The notes under the pieces were generated by a model that saw nothing but the letters and a program-made list of their open reading frames with translations, was not told the origin of the DNA and searched no databases. Of a stretch of DNA of 38,800 nucleotides, positions 30,200-38,800 are shown in pieces. Where the stretch lies: the sequence record SRR22947727_5142. One strand, written 5' to 3'. The position numbers and the translations under genes are program-made. The number at the start of each line of letters is the position of its first letter. Position 1 is the first letter of the stretch.

Positions 30200-31702
30200 T
30201 TAGGATGATTTAGATGCAAACATCGCCGCATCTGCCGCGGCCCGGCGGATCGCGTTGGATTTATGCACCGTTTCCATATATTCGGCTTCGGGATCGCTGT
30301 CATAGACCACGCCGCCGCCCGCTTGTATGTAGAGCTTTTGATCTTTGACGATGGCCGTGCGCAGGGCGATGCACATATCCATATCCCCGCCAGAGCTGAA
30401 ATAGCCTACGCCACCGCCATAAACCCCGCGCTTTTCGGTTTCAAGCTCATCGATGATTTGCATCGCACGCACTTTTGGAGCGCCCGATACGGTGCCCGCC
30501 GGCATACCCGCGAAAAAGGCGGATAGCGCGTCTTGATTTTCGTGTAATTCCCCAACCACGTTTGAAACAATATGCATCACATGGCTGTAGCGTTCGATAA
30601 TAAATTCTTCGGTTGGTTTGACCGTACCCAGTTTGGCCACCCGGCCCACATCATTGCGCCCTAAATCCAGCAGCATTAGATGTTCGGCCAATTCTTTTTT
30701 ATCAGCCAGAAGATCGGCTTCATTGGCGTTATCTTCTTCGCTGGTTGCGCCGCGCGGACGGGTGCCTGCGATCGGGCGCACGGTCACCTCACGGCCAAAG
30801 ACACGTACTAGGATTTCTGGGCTGGCGCCGATCACTTGAAACCCATCAAAATTAAAATAAAACATGAAGGGAGAGGGGTTCGTGCGGCGCAAAGACCGAT
30901 AGAGCGCAAACGGTGGCAGCGCAAAATCTTGCGTCCAGCGCTGGGCTGGCACCACTTGGAAGATGTCACCTGCGCGGATATAGTCTTTGGCTTTTTCAAC
31001 CGCAGCGATATAGGCTTCTTTGCTGAAGTTGGACCTTGGATTGGGTGCCTCTTGAGGCGCGCCAAGGCTGCGCGGATCGGGCAAGGGGCGTTCTAAATCC
31101 TGCATCGCATCCTGAATACGTTCCGCTGATTTGGCATAGGCGGCTTTTGCCGAGATCGCTGGATCATACCAAACCGGCGCAACCAAAATCACTTCGCCTT
31201 TCACGCCATCCAAAACCGCCACAACGCTGGGGCGCAAAAAAACCGCATCTGGCAAAGCAAGCGGATCGGGGTTCACGTCAGGCAAATCTTCGACCAGCCG
31301 AATCATGTCATAGCCCAGATATCCAAAAAGGCCGGCGCTGGCTTGTGGCAAATCCTCGGGCAGGTCGATAAAGCTTTCTGCCAAGAGGGCGCGTAGCGCC
31401 TCAAGGGGGGGGGCTTGAACTGCTATAAACGCCTCATCATCGAAGCGCGCATCCCGATTGATAAAACTTTCGTTGCCTTGGCATTTCCAGATCAGATCCG
31501 GCTTCATACCAATGATGGAATAACGCCCGCGCACTTCTCCGCCGGTTACAGATTCCAGCATGAACGCATTCTTTTGATCACCTGCGAGCTTCATCTTTAA
31601 AGACACGGGCGTGTCTAAGTCAGCCGCCAATCGGGTGAATAGAACCTGGCTTTTCTCAAGCGCGTATTGCCGCGAAAAATTATCAAGATCGGGCGTTATC
31701 AT
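30200..31702 (-). CDS. trpE: Anthranilate synthase component I
   Basis: DLDTPVS, MLESV, GDIFQVV, PIAGT, EHLMLLDLGRND and GTVSGAPK; ATG at 31702. Confidence 0.97.
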   Translation of the reverse strand: MITPDLDNFSRQYALEKSQVLFTRLAADLDTPVSLKMKLAGDQKNAFMLESVTGGEVRGRYSIIGMKPDLIWKCQGNESFINRDARFDDEAFIAVQAPPLEALRALLAESFIDLPEDLPQASAGLFGYLGYDMIRLVEDLPDVNPDPLALPDAVFLRPSVVAVLDGVKGEVILVAPVWYDPAISAKAAYAKSAERIQDAMQDLERPLPDPRSLGAPQEAPNPRSNFSKEAYIAAVEKAKDYIRAGDIFQVVPAQRWTQDFALPPFALYRSLRRTNPSPFMFYFNFDGFQVIGASPEILVRVFGREVTVRPIAGTRPRGATSEEDNANEADLLADKKELAEHLMLLDLGRNDVGRVAKLGTVKPTEEFIIERYSHVMHIVSNVVGELHENQDALSAFFAGMPAGTVSGAPKVRAMQIIDELETEKRGVYGGGVGYFSSGGDMDMCIALRTAIVKDQKLYIQAGGGVVYDSDPEAEYMETVHKSNAIRRAAADAAMFASKSS

Positions 31703-31712
31703 AGCAACGACT

Positions 31713-33566
31713 TTACTGGAAATTGGCATGAACGGCATTGAGAGCCGCTTGGTTTAAAGACACATCCGCGCGTGCCTGTATGTGCCCCACATAGGCTTCA
31801 AATAAATCTTGTGACAGGCCATCGCTGAGCTGAGCTGTGATCTCTTGCGTGATGTCTTTGGCAAGCTCGGATTGGCGATCTGCGGGCATAACCTCTGTGA
31901 CGAGTATAAGCGTTATCTGCCCCGCATCATCCAAAACAGTCACCGCGTCTGGCGCAAGTTCAAAGGCGCGTTCAATCACATTTGCGGTTGTTGTGGTTGG
32001 GCGCTCTTGACGGTTGAGCCCGGTTTCCTGTTGCAGTATTCCACCGATTTCCTCAATGCGCAGCGTCTTCGCCTCGAGCTGCGATTTCAAATCATCACCT
32101 TGGGCAAGCAGCGCTTTGCGCAACGCTTCGACGCGCCATGCCTTCATGACATCTTCGCGTATTTCCGGTAGAGGTTGGGGGCGCGGCGCTTGGGTTTCAT
32201 TCAGCCTTAATGCGGCCAAGCCACCATTGTCCAAGCGGATAATTTCGGGAAAATCTTCGCTCTTTACTTCAAATGCCGCTTGTCGAAACGCTTGATCTGA
32301 GGCCAAGCCCTCAGCCACACCAGCGTGATAGCTCAGAGCGCTTAGCACCAGATCGGTTTCTAACGCGATATCTTCCAAAGTTGCACCGGCGGCCAGAAGA
32401 TCTTCGGCTTGCGCACTTACCCCGTCTACTTCTTTCGCGGCCAATTCCAGCGCCAGTTCTTGGCGCAATTGATCTGCGACTTCTTCAAGCGGTGTAGATT
32501 GTGCAGAAATAACATCCGTTACACGAAAAATTGCAGCACCCAAATCATCGGAAAACGGCCCGATGGCCGTGTTCATCTCTGCGCTGAAGACAGCAGCGCC
32601 GCTGCCCTGTCCTAAAAAACTTTGGTCTATTGCGCCCAGGCTCACATCTGCGGGGGTTAAGCCGCGCTGCTCGAGTAGCGCATCAAAATCGCTTGTGCCG
32701 TTCTCCAGCGCTGCCGCGGCAGCATCGGCGCTTTGCGCATCCGAAAACACAAGGCGTTCAACGATCCGGCGCTCAGGCTGGTTATAATACGCGTTCTGTT
32801 TTTCATAAAAGGCAGCAATCGCCTCATCGCTTACGGTCATCTTTTCGCTAAGCTGCGCAAGATCCAAAGAGGCAATGGTGAGCTGTTTGCTTTCCGGAAC
32901 GGTGAAGCGCTCAATATTTTCGTCATAATAGGCTTGCAATTGCGCCTCAGTGGCCTCTTGAAGGGGAACGGCAAGATCTGCCTCGTTCAATTGAACATGG
33001 GTGAAACTGCGGGTCTCTAACAGAAAATCAATCATTTTTTCTGTAAATACTGATGGCATCACATTGCCTGTTACCACGGCAGCTTGCACGATGTTGCGCG
33101 TTGTTTCCTGGCGAATGCCATCTTCAAATTCGGCTTCGCTGAGGCGATTATTCTCCAGTGCAAACGTGTACGCTTCGCGGCTGAATTGACCATCTGAACC
33201 GCGAAAGGCACTGACTTTGACCAGCTGTTCCAGAACCGCTTCATCGCCAACCGAAAGGCCAAGCCGGTCGGCTTCGACTTCAATCGTTTTTTGAAGTACC
33301 AAGCGGCTCAGCGTTTGTTGCGGAAGCCCAAATAATTGGGCCTGTTCGAAGGTAAGGGTTTGACCGAATTGTTGGCCTGTTTGCGCCAACTCTTGGCGCA
33401 AGGCCCGGGCATATTCATCGATCGAAATGTCGCGATCACCAACAGAGCCGACGCTGCGCATGGTGCCAGAAAGCCCCGACGCGCCAAATCCCCCCAGGCC
33501 AATGATGAGCAGACCCAACAGAATCCAAACTAAATATTTGGAAATGGATTTTGATTGTGACGCCAT
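31713..33566 (-). CDS. ppiD: PpiD/SurA-like periplasmic chaperone (peptidyl-prolyl isomerase family)
   Basis: N-terminal TM anchor, SurA-N-like helical region and parvulin-like segment; usual position upstream of trpE. ATG at 33566 follows GAGGGA. Confidence 0.85.
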   Translation of the reverse strand: MASQSKSISKYLVWILLGLLIIGLGGFGASGLSGTMRSVGSVGDRDISIDEYARALRQELAQTGQQFGQTLTFEQAQLFGLPQQTLSRLVLQKTIEVEADRLGLSVGDEAVLEQLVKVSAFRGSDGQFSREAYTFALENNRLSEAEFEDGIRQETTRNIVQAAVVTGNVMPSVFTEKMIDFLLETRSFTHVQLNEADLAVPLQEATEAQLQAYYDENIERFTVPESKQLTIASLDLAQLSEKMTVSDEAIAAFYEKQNAYYNQPERRIVERLVFSDAQSADAAAAALENGTSDFDALLEQRGLTPADVSLGAIDQSFLGQGSGAAVFSAEMNTAIGPFSDDLGAAIFRVTDVISAQSTPLEEVADQLRQELALELAAKEVDGVSAQAEDLLAAGATLEDIALETDLVLSALSYHAGVAEGLASDQAFRQAAFEVKSEDFPEIIRLDNGGLAALRLNETQAPRPQPLPEIREDVMKAWRVEALRKALLAQGDDLKSQLEAKTLRIEEIGGILQQETGLNRQERPTTTTANVIERAFELAPDAVTVLDDAGQITLILVTEVMPADRQSELAKDITQEITAQLSDGLSQDLFEAYVGHIQARADVSLNQAALNAVHANFQ

Positions 33567-33600
33567 GGATCCCTCGTAGACTTGATATTTTCCCGACTGT

Positions 33601-34833
33601 CTACGCCTCTGAGCTGTCGGGGGCAAGCTGGAAGGTGAGATTTGAAAGCCGTATGATCATCTCTTTCAAATTGGTTTGATCGATATTTGCAAATGCCAGC
33701 CGTAAATGCTTCGCGGCATTGGGAGTGCCTGGGGGTGCAAACATCGCGCCAGGCAGGCATAAGATGCCCGCCTCTGCCACCAATTTTTGTGCCAAATCAA
33801 CGCCCGAGTTGGCAAAGGGATGCTTGACATATGCAAAATATGCGCCGCAGCCCAGCAGCTCCCAGCCTTGCCTTTCAAGCGCTTCAAAATTTCGCTTTAG
33901 AAAGCTTTGGCGCTGTAAAATTTCTTTCCGCTGGCCGGCCAACCAGGGTTGAAGATGGTTAACCCCCCAGCGCGCCGCAAATTGCCCGACCCGCGAGGCA
34001 CAGATTGTGGTGGTGTCGAGGTATTTTTCAACCTCGGCGAGTAAGGCTTTATGGGCAATGATGGCGCCAACGCGGTGGCCTGTCATGCGATAGGCTTTTG
34101 AAAACGAATAGAGCTGCACCAAATGCTGCTTCCAATCGGGCGCATCCAAAAGGCTGTGCGGACGCTTTGGATTGCTATGAAAATCTTTATAGGTTTCATC
34201 GATAATAAGCGTGAGGTCATGGTCTTTTGCGAGCTGATAAAATGCATTCAACACAGCGTCAGGATATTCCACGCCAGAGGGATTATTCGGGCTGACCAGA
34301 CAAATGGCTTTGGTTTTTTTTGTGATCAATTGGTGGGCCAGAGATGCATCGGGCAGCAAATTGGCCCCCGTCGGCAAAGGCGTTGCCTCTACCCCCATCA
34401 CATCGAGCCACATTTTATGGTTGAAATACCAAGGCACGGGCAAAAGCACATTATCCCCAGCCGAGCAAAGCGCCGTGATCACCGCGCAAAACGCTTGGTT
34501 GCACCCCGAGGTAATGGCAACTTGGCTGGCGCTTACCTGCGCATCATAGGCATTTGACCAATGCGCGGCAAAATCTGCGCGCAACCCAGCATCCCCCAAA
34601 ATTGCGCCATAAAGATGCGCCTCAGGATCATGGCGCACAAAATCTGCAATCGCATCGCGCATATTTTGAGGGGGTGGGTCGCTTGGCGCGGCTTGCGAGA
34701 CGTCTAATACCGGTCTGCCGCGCTCTGGATCATGGCTTTCCAGCCAGGCTTTTGCGGCTTTAATCGGAGCGGGTGCCGTGCGCGCGGTTGCACCGGCCAA
34801 AACCGGCTTTGATGGTGTGGTAGGTGCCACCAT
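33601..34833 (-). CDS. Class I/II PLP-dependent aminotransferase
   Basis: SPNNPSG, IDETY, SFSKAY..TGHRVG (PLP lysine) and LRLAFAN. Confidence 0.92.
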   Translation of the reverse strand: MVAPTTPSKPVLAGATARTAPAPIKAAKAWLESHDPERGRPVLDVSQAAPSDPPPQNMRDAIADFVRHDPEAHLYGAILGDAGLRADFAAHWSNAYDAQVSASQVAITSGCNQAFCAVITALCSAGDNVLLPVPWYFNHKMWLDVMGVEATPLPTGANLLPDASLAHQLITKKTKAICLVSPNNPSGVEYPDAVLNAFYQLAKDHDLTLIIDETYKDFHSNPKRPHSLLDAPDWKQHLVQLYSFSKAYRMTGHRVGAIIAHKALLAEVEKYLDTTTICASRVGQFAARWGVNHLQPWLAGQRKEILQRQSFLKRNFEALERQGWELLGCGAYFAYVKHPFANSGVDLAQKLVAEAGILCLPGAMFAPPGTPNAAKHLRLAFANIDQTNLKEMIIRLSNLTFQLAPDSSEA

Positions 34834-34839
34834 TCGCGG

Positions 34840-35343
34840 CTAATCCGTTCCGCGAAACGGCTCAACATATTGCAGGGCCATATCCCATGGAAAAAAGATC
34901 CAAGTGTCTTGGCTGACTTCCGTTATAAACGTGTCGACCTGAGACCGCCCCAGCGGCTTTGCATAAACGGTTGCCACATGCGCTTTGGGCATATGCTGAC
35001 GCACGACTTCGAGAGTTTTGCCGGTATCCACGAGATCATCGATCACCAACACGCCGGTGCCATCCCCGACATGGTCCATATCCGGAGCTTTGATTACCCT
35101 TGGTTCGCTTTGGCTTTGGTGATTATAGGATTTAACGCTGATTGTATCAACAACGCGAATGTCCAATTCACGCGCAACGATCATTGCAGGTGCCATGCCA
35201 CCACGGGTAATCGCAACAACCGCGCGCCAGCCGTTTTCGGTTAGTTTTGGATCATCAAGCCGCCAGGCCAATGCCCGCGAGTCGCGGTGCAACTGGTCCC
35301 AGCTGACATGGAAACCTTTTTCATGGGGGAGACGTTCAGACAT
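34840..35343 (-). CDS. gpt: Xanthine-guanine phosphoribosyltransferase
   Basis: [17 protein letters not shown] and [10 protein letters not shown]. Confidence 0.96.
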   Translation of the reverse strand: MSERLPHEKGFHVSWDQLHRDSRALAWRLDDPKLTENGWRAVVAITRGGMAPAMIVARELDIRVVDTISVKSYNHQSQSEPRVIKAPDMDHVGDGTGVLVIDDLVDTGKTLEVVRQHMPKAHVATVYAKPLGRSQVDTFITEVSQDTWIFFPWDMALQYVEPFRGTD

Positions 35344-35345
35344 GG

Positions 35346-36164
35346 TTATTTCCTTCCCGTTACGGCATCTATATCCGGAGCATCTACAGCTTTCATTCCC
35401 ACGACATGGTAGCCGGCATCTACGTGTAGCGTTTCTCCGGTAACCCCTGACCCTAAATCTGACAGCAAATATAGCGCTGATTTGCCGACATCTTCTGTGG
35501 TTACGTTTCTGCGCAGAGGTGAGTTTAATTCATTCCATTTCATAATATATCTAAAATCACCGATACCCGAGGCTGCAAGCGTTTTAATGGGGCCGGCCGA
35601 GATGGCGTTGACACGAATATTATCTTTACCCAGATCTTCGGCCAAATACATTACAGAGGCCTCAAGGGCCGCTTTGGCCACCCCCATAACGTTATAATGC
35701 GGCATCACTTGCTCAGCGCCGTAATAGGTGAGCGTGAGCATTGAACCGCCATCCGTCATCAGCTTTTCGGCCCGCTGCGCCACTGCGGTGAAGGAATAGA
35801 CAGAGATATCCATGGTCATTCTGAAATTGTCTAGGCTTGTGTCGACATAGCGGCCGCGCAGCTCGCTTTTGTCGGAAAACCCGATCGCATGCACAATAAA
35901 ATCAAGCTTGCCCCAGCGCTGTTTAATCGCCTCAAATAAGGCATCGACGGAACTTGCATCCGCAACATCACATTCTGCCACGAAATCGCTGCCAACTTGC
36001 GCTGCCAAAGGCTCTACCCGCTTTTTTAGCGCGTCTCCTTGATACGAAAAACACATTTCTGCGCCGGCTTCAGCGCAGGCTTTTGCAATACCCCAAGCGA
36101 TCGATTTGTCATTTGCCAGCCCCATGATTAAGCCGCGTTTGCCCTGCATAAGATTATGTGACAT
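35346..36164 (-). CDS. fabI: Enoyl-ACP reductase
   Basis: [25 protein letters not shown] and [10 protein letters not shown]. Confidence 0.97.
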   Translation of the reverse strand: MSHNLMQGKRGLIMGLANDKSIAWGIAKACAEAGAEMCFSYQGDALKKRVEPLAAQVGSDFVAECDVADASSVDALFEAIKQRWGKLDFIVHAIGFSDKSELRGRYVDTSLDNFRMTMDISVYSFTAVAQRAEKLMTDGGSMLTLTYYGAEQVMPHYNVMGVAKAALEASVMYLAEDLGKDNIRVNAISAGPIKTLAASGIGDFRYIMKWNELNSPLRRNVTTEDVGKSALYLLSDLGSGVTGETLHVDAGYHVVGMKAVDAPDIDAVTGRK

Positions 36165-36283
36165 CTTGCTCCTCCGATCTATCTATGATGCGTTGGTTTA
36201 GGCGATTGCACAGCGGTCATCAAGCCCAGAGCCCCTAAGGGGCCGTCAAGATTAAACAGGGATCGAAAAAAGGAGCAGCTGAA

Positions 36284-36889
36284 ATGTTAGATTTGGATGA
36301 AGGGTTTACACAGGCCGACCCGTTTGAGCTGGCAAAATCCTGGCTAAAAGAAGCCGAAGCAGCGGAAATTAACGATCCAAACGCAATGGCATTGGCAAGC
36401 GTAGACCGTTTCGGCATGCCGAATGTAAGAACCGTTTTGTTGAAAGACATCCAAGCGAATAGTTTTGTTTTTTACACCAATTATGAAAGCGCCAAAGGCA
36501 CCGAGCTGTTGGCCAGTGGCAAGGCGGCCTTTGTGTTGCATTGGAAAAACCTGGCGCGGCAAATTAGAGTGCGGGGCCTGGTTGAAAAAGAAGAGGGGCC
36601 GATCGCGGATGCCTATTATAACAGTCGGGCCTTAGACAGCCGCATCGGGGCTTGGGCTTCGCAGCAGTCGCGCCCGCTCGCCTCTCGAGAGGCGCTGATT
36701 CAACGGGTAAATGCGATCCGCGATGAAAAGGGTGAAAACCCAGCGCGGCCACCGTTTTGGGGTGGATTTAGAATCACGCCGCTTGAGATCGAGTTTTGGT
36801 CAGATGGCGCGTTTCGATTGCATGATCGCGCAGTCTGGAGACGAAAAGAGGTGACTGCGCCTTGGTCGGTACAAAGACTGAACCCGTGA
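36284..36889 (+). CDS. pdxH: Pyridoxamine 5'-phosphate oxidase
   Basis: [26 protein letters not shown]...RLHDR and RLNP; AGGAG RBS. Confidence 0.97.
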   Translation: MLDLDEGFTQADPFELAKSWLKEAEAAEINDPNAMALASVDRFGMPNVRTVLLKDIQANSFVFYTNYESAKGTELLASGKAAFVLHWKNLARQIRVRGLVEKEEGPIADAYYNSRALDSRIGAWASQQSRPLASREALIQRVNAIRDEKGENPARPPFWGGFRITPLEIEFWSDGAFRLHDRAVWRRKEVTAPWSVQRLNP

Positions 36890-37004
36890 AGCGCTGGCCC
36901 GATCGTTTTTCGGGTCTTTCGCTTGCGCGCTGGTTTTTTTATTGTTTGCTTTTTTATCAAAAAACGGTTCCTTTATCGCGGCACGGTAGATTTTACGGGT
37001 GGGT

Positions 37005-37535
37005 ATGCGTGTGAGCGACGACAACGAGAATATTGAAAAACAGTCGGGCCACATAAAGTGGTTTGATCGCGTTAAAGGGTTTGGTTTTATCATATCCGAT
37101 GAGACCGAAGAAGATATTTTGATTCACGCCAATGTGCTGCGCAAATTTGGACAAAGCTCTATCGCAGAAAACACCCATATTGAGTTTATGGCGCATTACA
37201 CGGAGCGGGGCGTCCAAGCGGTTGAAATACTCTCGGTGGATCCGGTTTTAGATGCCTTATCAACGCTGGAAGATTTTGAAGACGTCGATATTGAAGATAT
37301 CAGATCGTTGCCGCTGCAAGCCGCACGGGTCAAGTGGTTTGATGGTGGCAAGGGATTCGGCTTTGCAAATATTTTCGGAAATGATGAAGATATTTTTGTT
37401 CATATCGAAGTGTTGCGCAAATCAGGCCTGTCCAATTTACAAGCGGGCGAAGCGATCGCTTTACGCGTTATGGAGGGTAAGCGGGGTAAAATGGCGGCAG
37501 ATGCTTGTTCTTGGGAAATGGGCAGCTCTGAATAA
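37005..37535 (+). CDS. Tandem cold-shock domain protein
   Basis: Two CSDs: IKWFDRVKGFGFI..DILIH and VKWFDGGKGFGFA..DIFVH. Start is ATG 37005 or GTG 37011. Confidence 0.92.
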   Translation: MRVSDDNENIEKQSGHIKWFDRVKGFGFIISDETEEDILIHANVLRKFGQSSIAENTHIEFMAHYTERGVQAVEILSVDPVLDALSTLEDFEDVDIEDIRSLPLQAARVKWFDGGKGFGFANIFGNDEDIFVHIEVLRKSGLSNLQAGEAIALRVMEGKRGKMAADACSWEMGSSE

Positions 37536-38001
37536 GGCAAGATGGCTGTGCGCCTTTGCAATGCTGCCTTTTGCAAATTTCGCGCAAGCCAACTGCCCTA
37601 AGACAGATTTTATAATCAGCGGCAGTTGGGGCGACGCGGCCTTTAAGGTGGCGCTGGCAAGAACTCCGGAACAACGCAACCGGGGTTTGATGTTCGTGAC
37701 AGATCTGCCAGACCAATCAGGGATGCTGTTTGTTTACCCAAATCCGCAATCGGTTTCGTTTTGGATGAAAAATACGCCGCTTGGCTTGGATATGCTGTTC
37801 ATTGATGAAGGCGGCATCGTTCAGCGCGTCAAGCATAGTGCAACCCCGTTCTCGACAGAGTTGATTGATGGGGGATCGGATATTCAATATGTTTTGGAAT
37901 TAGCTGCCGGAAGCGCGGCAAAATATGGCATATCAAAGGGGGATCGCAGCGCGCATCCGAGCATTGGACCCGACGCCGATCCACGTTGTGACGGTTTCTA
38001 A
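37501..38001 (+). CDS. DUF192 family exported protein
   Basis: Signal-peptide-like N-terminus from ATG 37501; [24 protein letters not shown] and YVLEL. Confidence 0.9.
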   Translation: MLVLGKWAALNKARWLCAFAMLPFANFAQANCPKTDFIISGSWGDAAFKVALARTPEQRNRGLMFVTDLPDQSGMLFVYPNPQSVSFWMKNTPLGLDMLFIDEGGIVQRVKHSATPFSTELIDGGSDIQYVLELAAGSAAKYGISKGDRSAHPSIGPDADPRCDGF

Positions 38002-38081
38002 CAGTTTCTGGCCAAATTGCACGTTTGAAGCGATCTTTCCTCTTTCCAATCTTCTGAGAACTCGTTAGAAGGCACGCCAGT

Positions 38082-38158
38082 CGGGGCGTAGCGCAGCCTG
38101 GTAGCGCGACGGTTTTGGGTACCGTAGGTCGCAAGTTCGAATCTTGCCGTCCCGACCA
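38082..38158 (+). tRNA. tRNA-Pro (TGG)
   Basis: Acceptor CGGGGCG/CGTCCCG, anticodon stem ACGGT/ACCGT with loop TTTGGGT, T-loop GTTCGAATC and encoded CCA; 77 nt. Confidence 0.97.
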
Positions 38159-38800
38159 TTAAAAATTATGTTCGAACTTTATGAAAACGCGTTGAAGGCT
38201 TGTTCTGCACATGCTTGTCGGATCCGATTTATAGCCAGTGTAAGCTGCTAGACGGTGCAAGATGAGCGCAAATTGCACTGACAGAGCAAGGTTGAACGCA
38301 AACCCGACTGCAGCCCGTCTTTGGATATACTATACCCAAATTACGCTGTATCGAGCGTATCGTGAGAGAATGCATTTGCTCCGCCAAGCTGGCAGAGTTT
38401 TACGCCGCCGTTGACATATAAAGTTTATTCAGAGTCTAACGCTTGGTGTGGTGGTCCGTGCGCAATATTGTGAAAGAAAATAAGTTTAATTGAAGAGTTA
38501 TGCGCATCATGCGCACGTGAAAAGTGCGTTGAAAAGTTTGCAACGAAATTACGGTTTTAAAAACAAAGGCCTAATCAACGCCAAGTCTCGACGCATCTTT
38601 TAAGCCCAACCCAACCTTGTTTGAAATCGGTTCTGACATAAAGCTCGTCTTCACGGCGCCCTATTTGTGGCTAGGATCACTCAGGCATTCAGACAAGGCC
38701 CGTGTATTTCAGTCTTAGTGTTTTACTAAAGCTGTTTGTCCCGCGTCACTAAGCCAGTTTTCAATTAACATTTTGACAGAAACCCCATCGATTTTTTTTG

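Noticed and set aside
31703..31738. trpL attenuator or extended trpE N-terminus
   Set aside because: ppiD ends 10 nt before the trpE ATG, leaving no room for a Trp-rich leader; the upstream ATGs lie inside ppiD.
37252..37500. N-terminal extension of the DUF192 ORF
   Set aside because: It overlaps the cold-shock gene in another frame; the signal-peptide-like sequence begins at about 37501.
38174..38188. GAAC-N7-AAAC LexA-like box after the tRNA
   Set aside because: One mismatch in an 8-bp motif with no adjacent gene is expected by chance.
1..38800. CRISPR array, IS element, prophage or defence system
   Set aside because: No regularly spaced direct repeats, transposase, integrase, phage or nuclease-type ORFs were seen.

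Overview
Chromosomal window (roughly 50-53% GC by eye) from an alphaproteobacterium, almost certainly a Rhodobacteraceae/Roseobacter-group organism. The assignment rests on the gene order trpE-X-trpGDC-moaC-moeA-lexA/comEC-gltX-gltA and pdxH/fabI-gpt, and on a GTTC-N7-GTTC LexA box. Left arm: 3' part of a xanthine-oxidase-family Mo-hydroxylase large subunit, a DUF2235 hydrolase, tungstate-type tupBCA, a stand-alone AGAT/CyrA-like amidinotransferase, a Dabb protein and hisBHAFE. Middle: an accessory block with an AcuC/HDAC-like deacetylase, a COQ8/UbiB kinase, two SDRs, a GST, two crotonases and TesB. Right arm: core genes ending in tRNA-Pro(TGG) and about 640 bp without an ORF. No CRISPR array, IS, integrase or rRNA was seen. 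Best leads: (1) an orphan amidinotransferase with an unusual acceptor-site motif behind the his operon; (2) comEC split by a +1 frameshift in a T8 tract; (3) a SPOR-domain protein in the yibQ slot of the trp cluster, an apparent domain swap; (4) an HDAC gene whose conserved N-terminus has no canonical start codon. All family calls come from motif recognition; no database searches were run.
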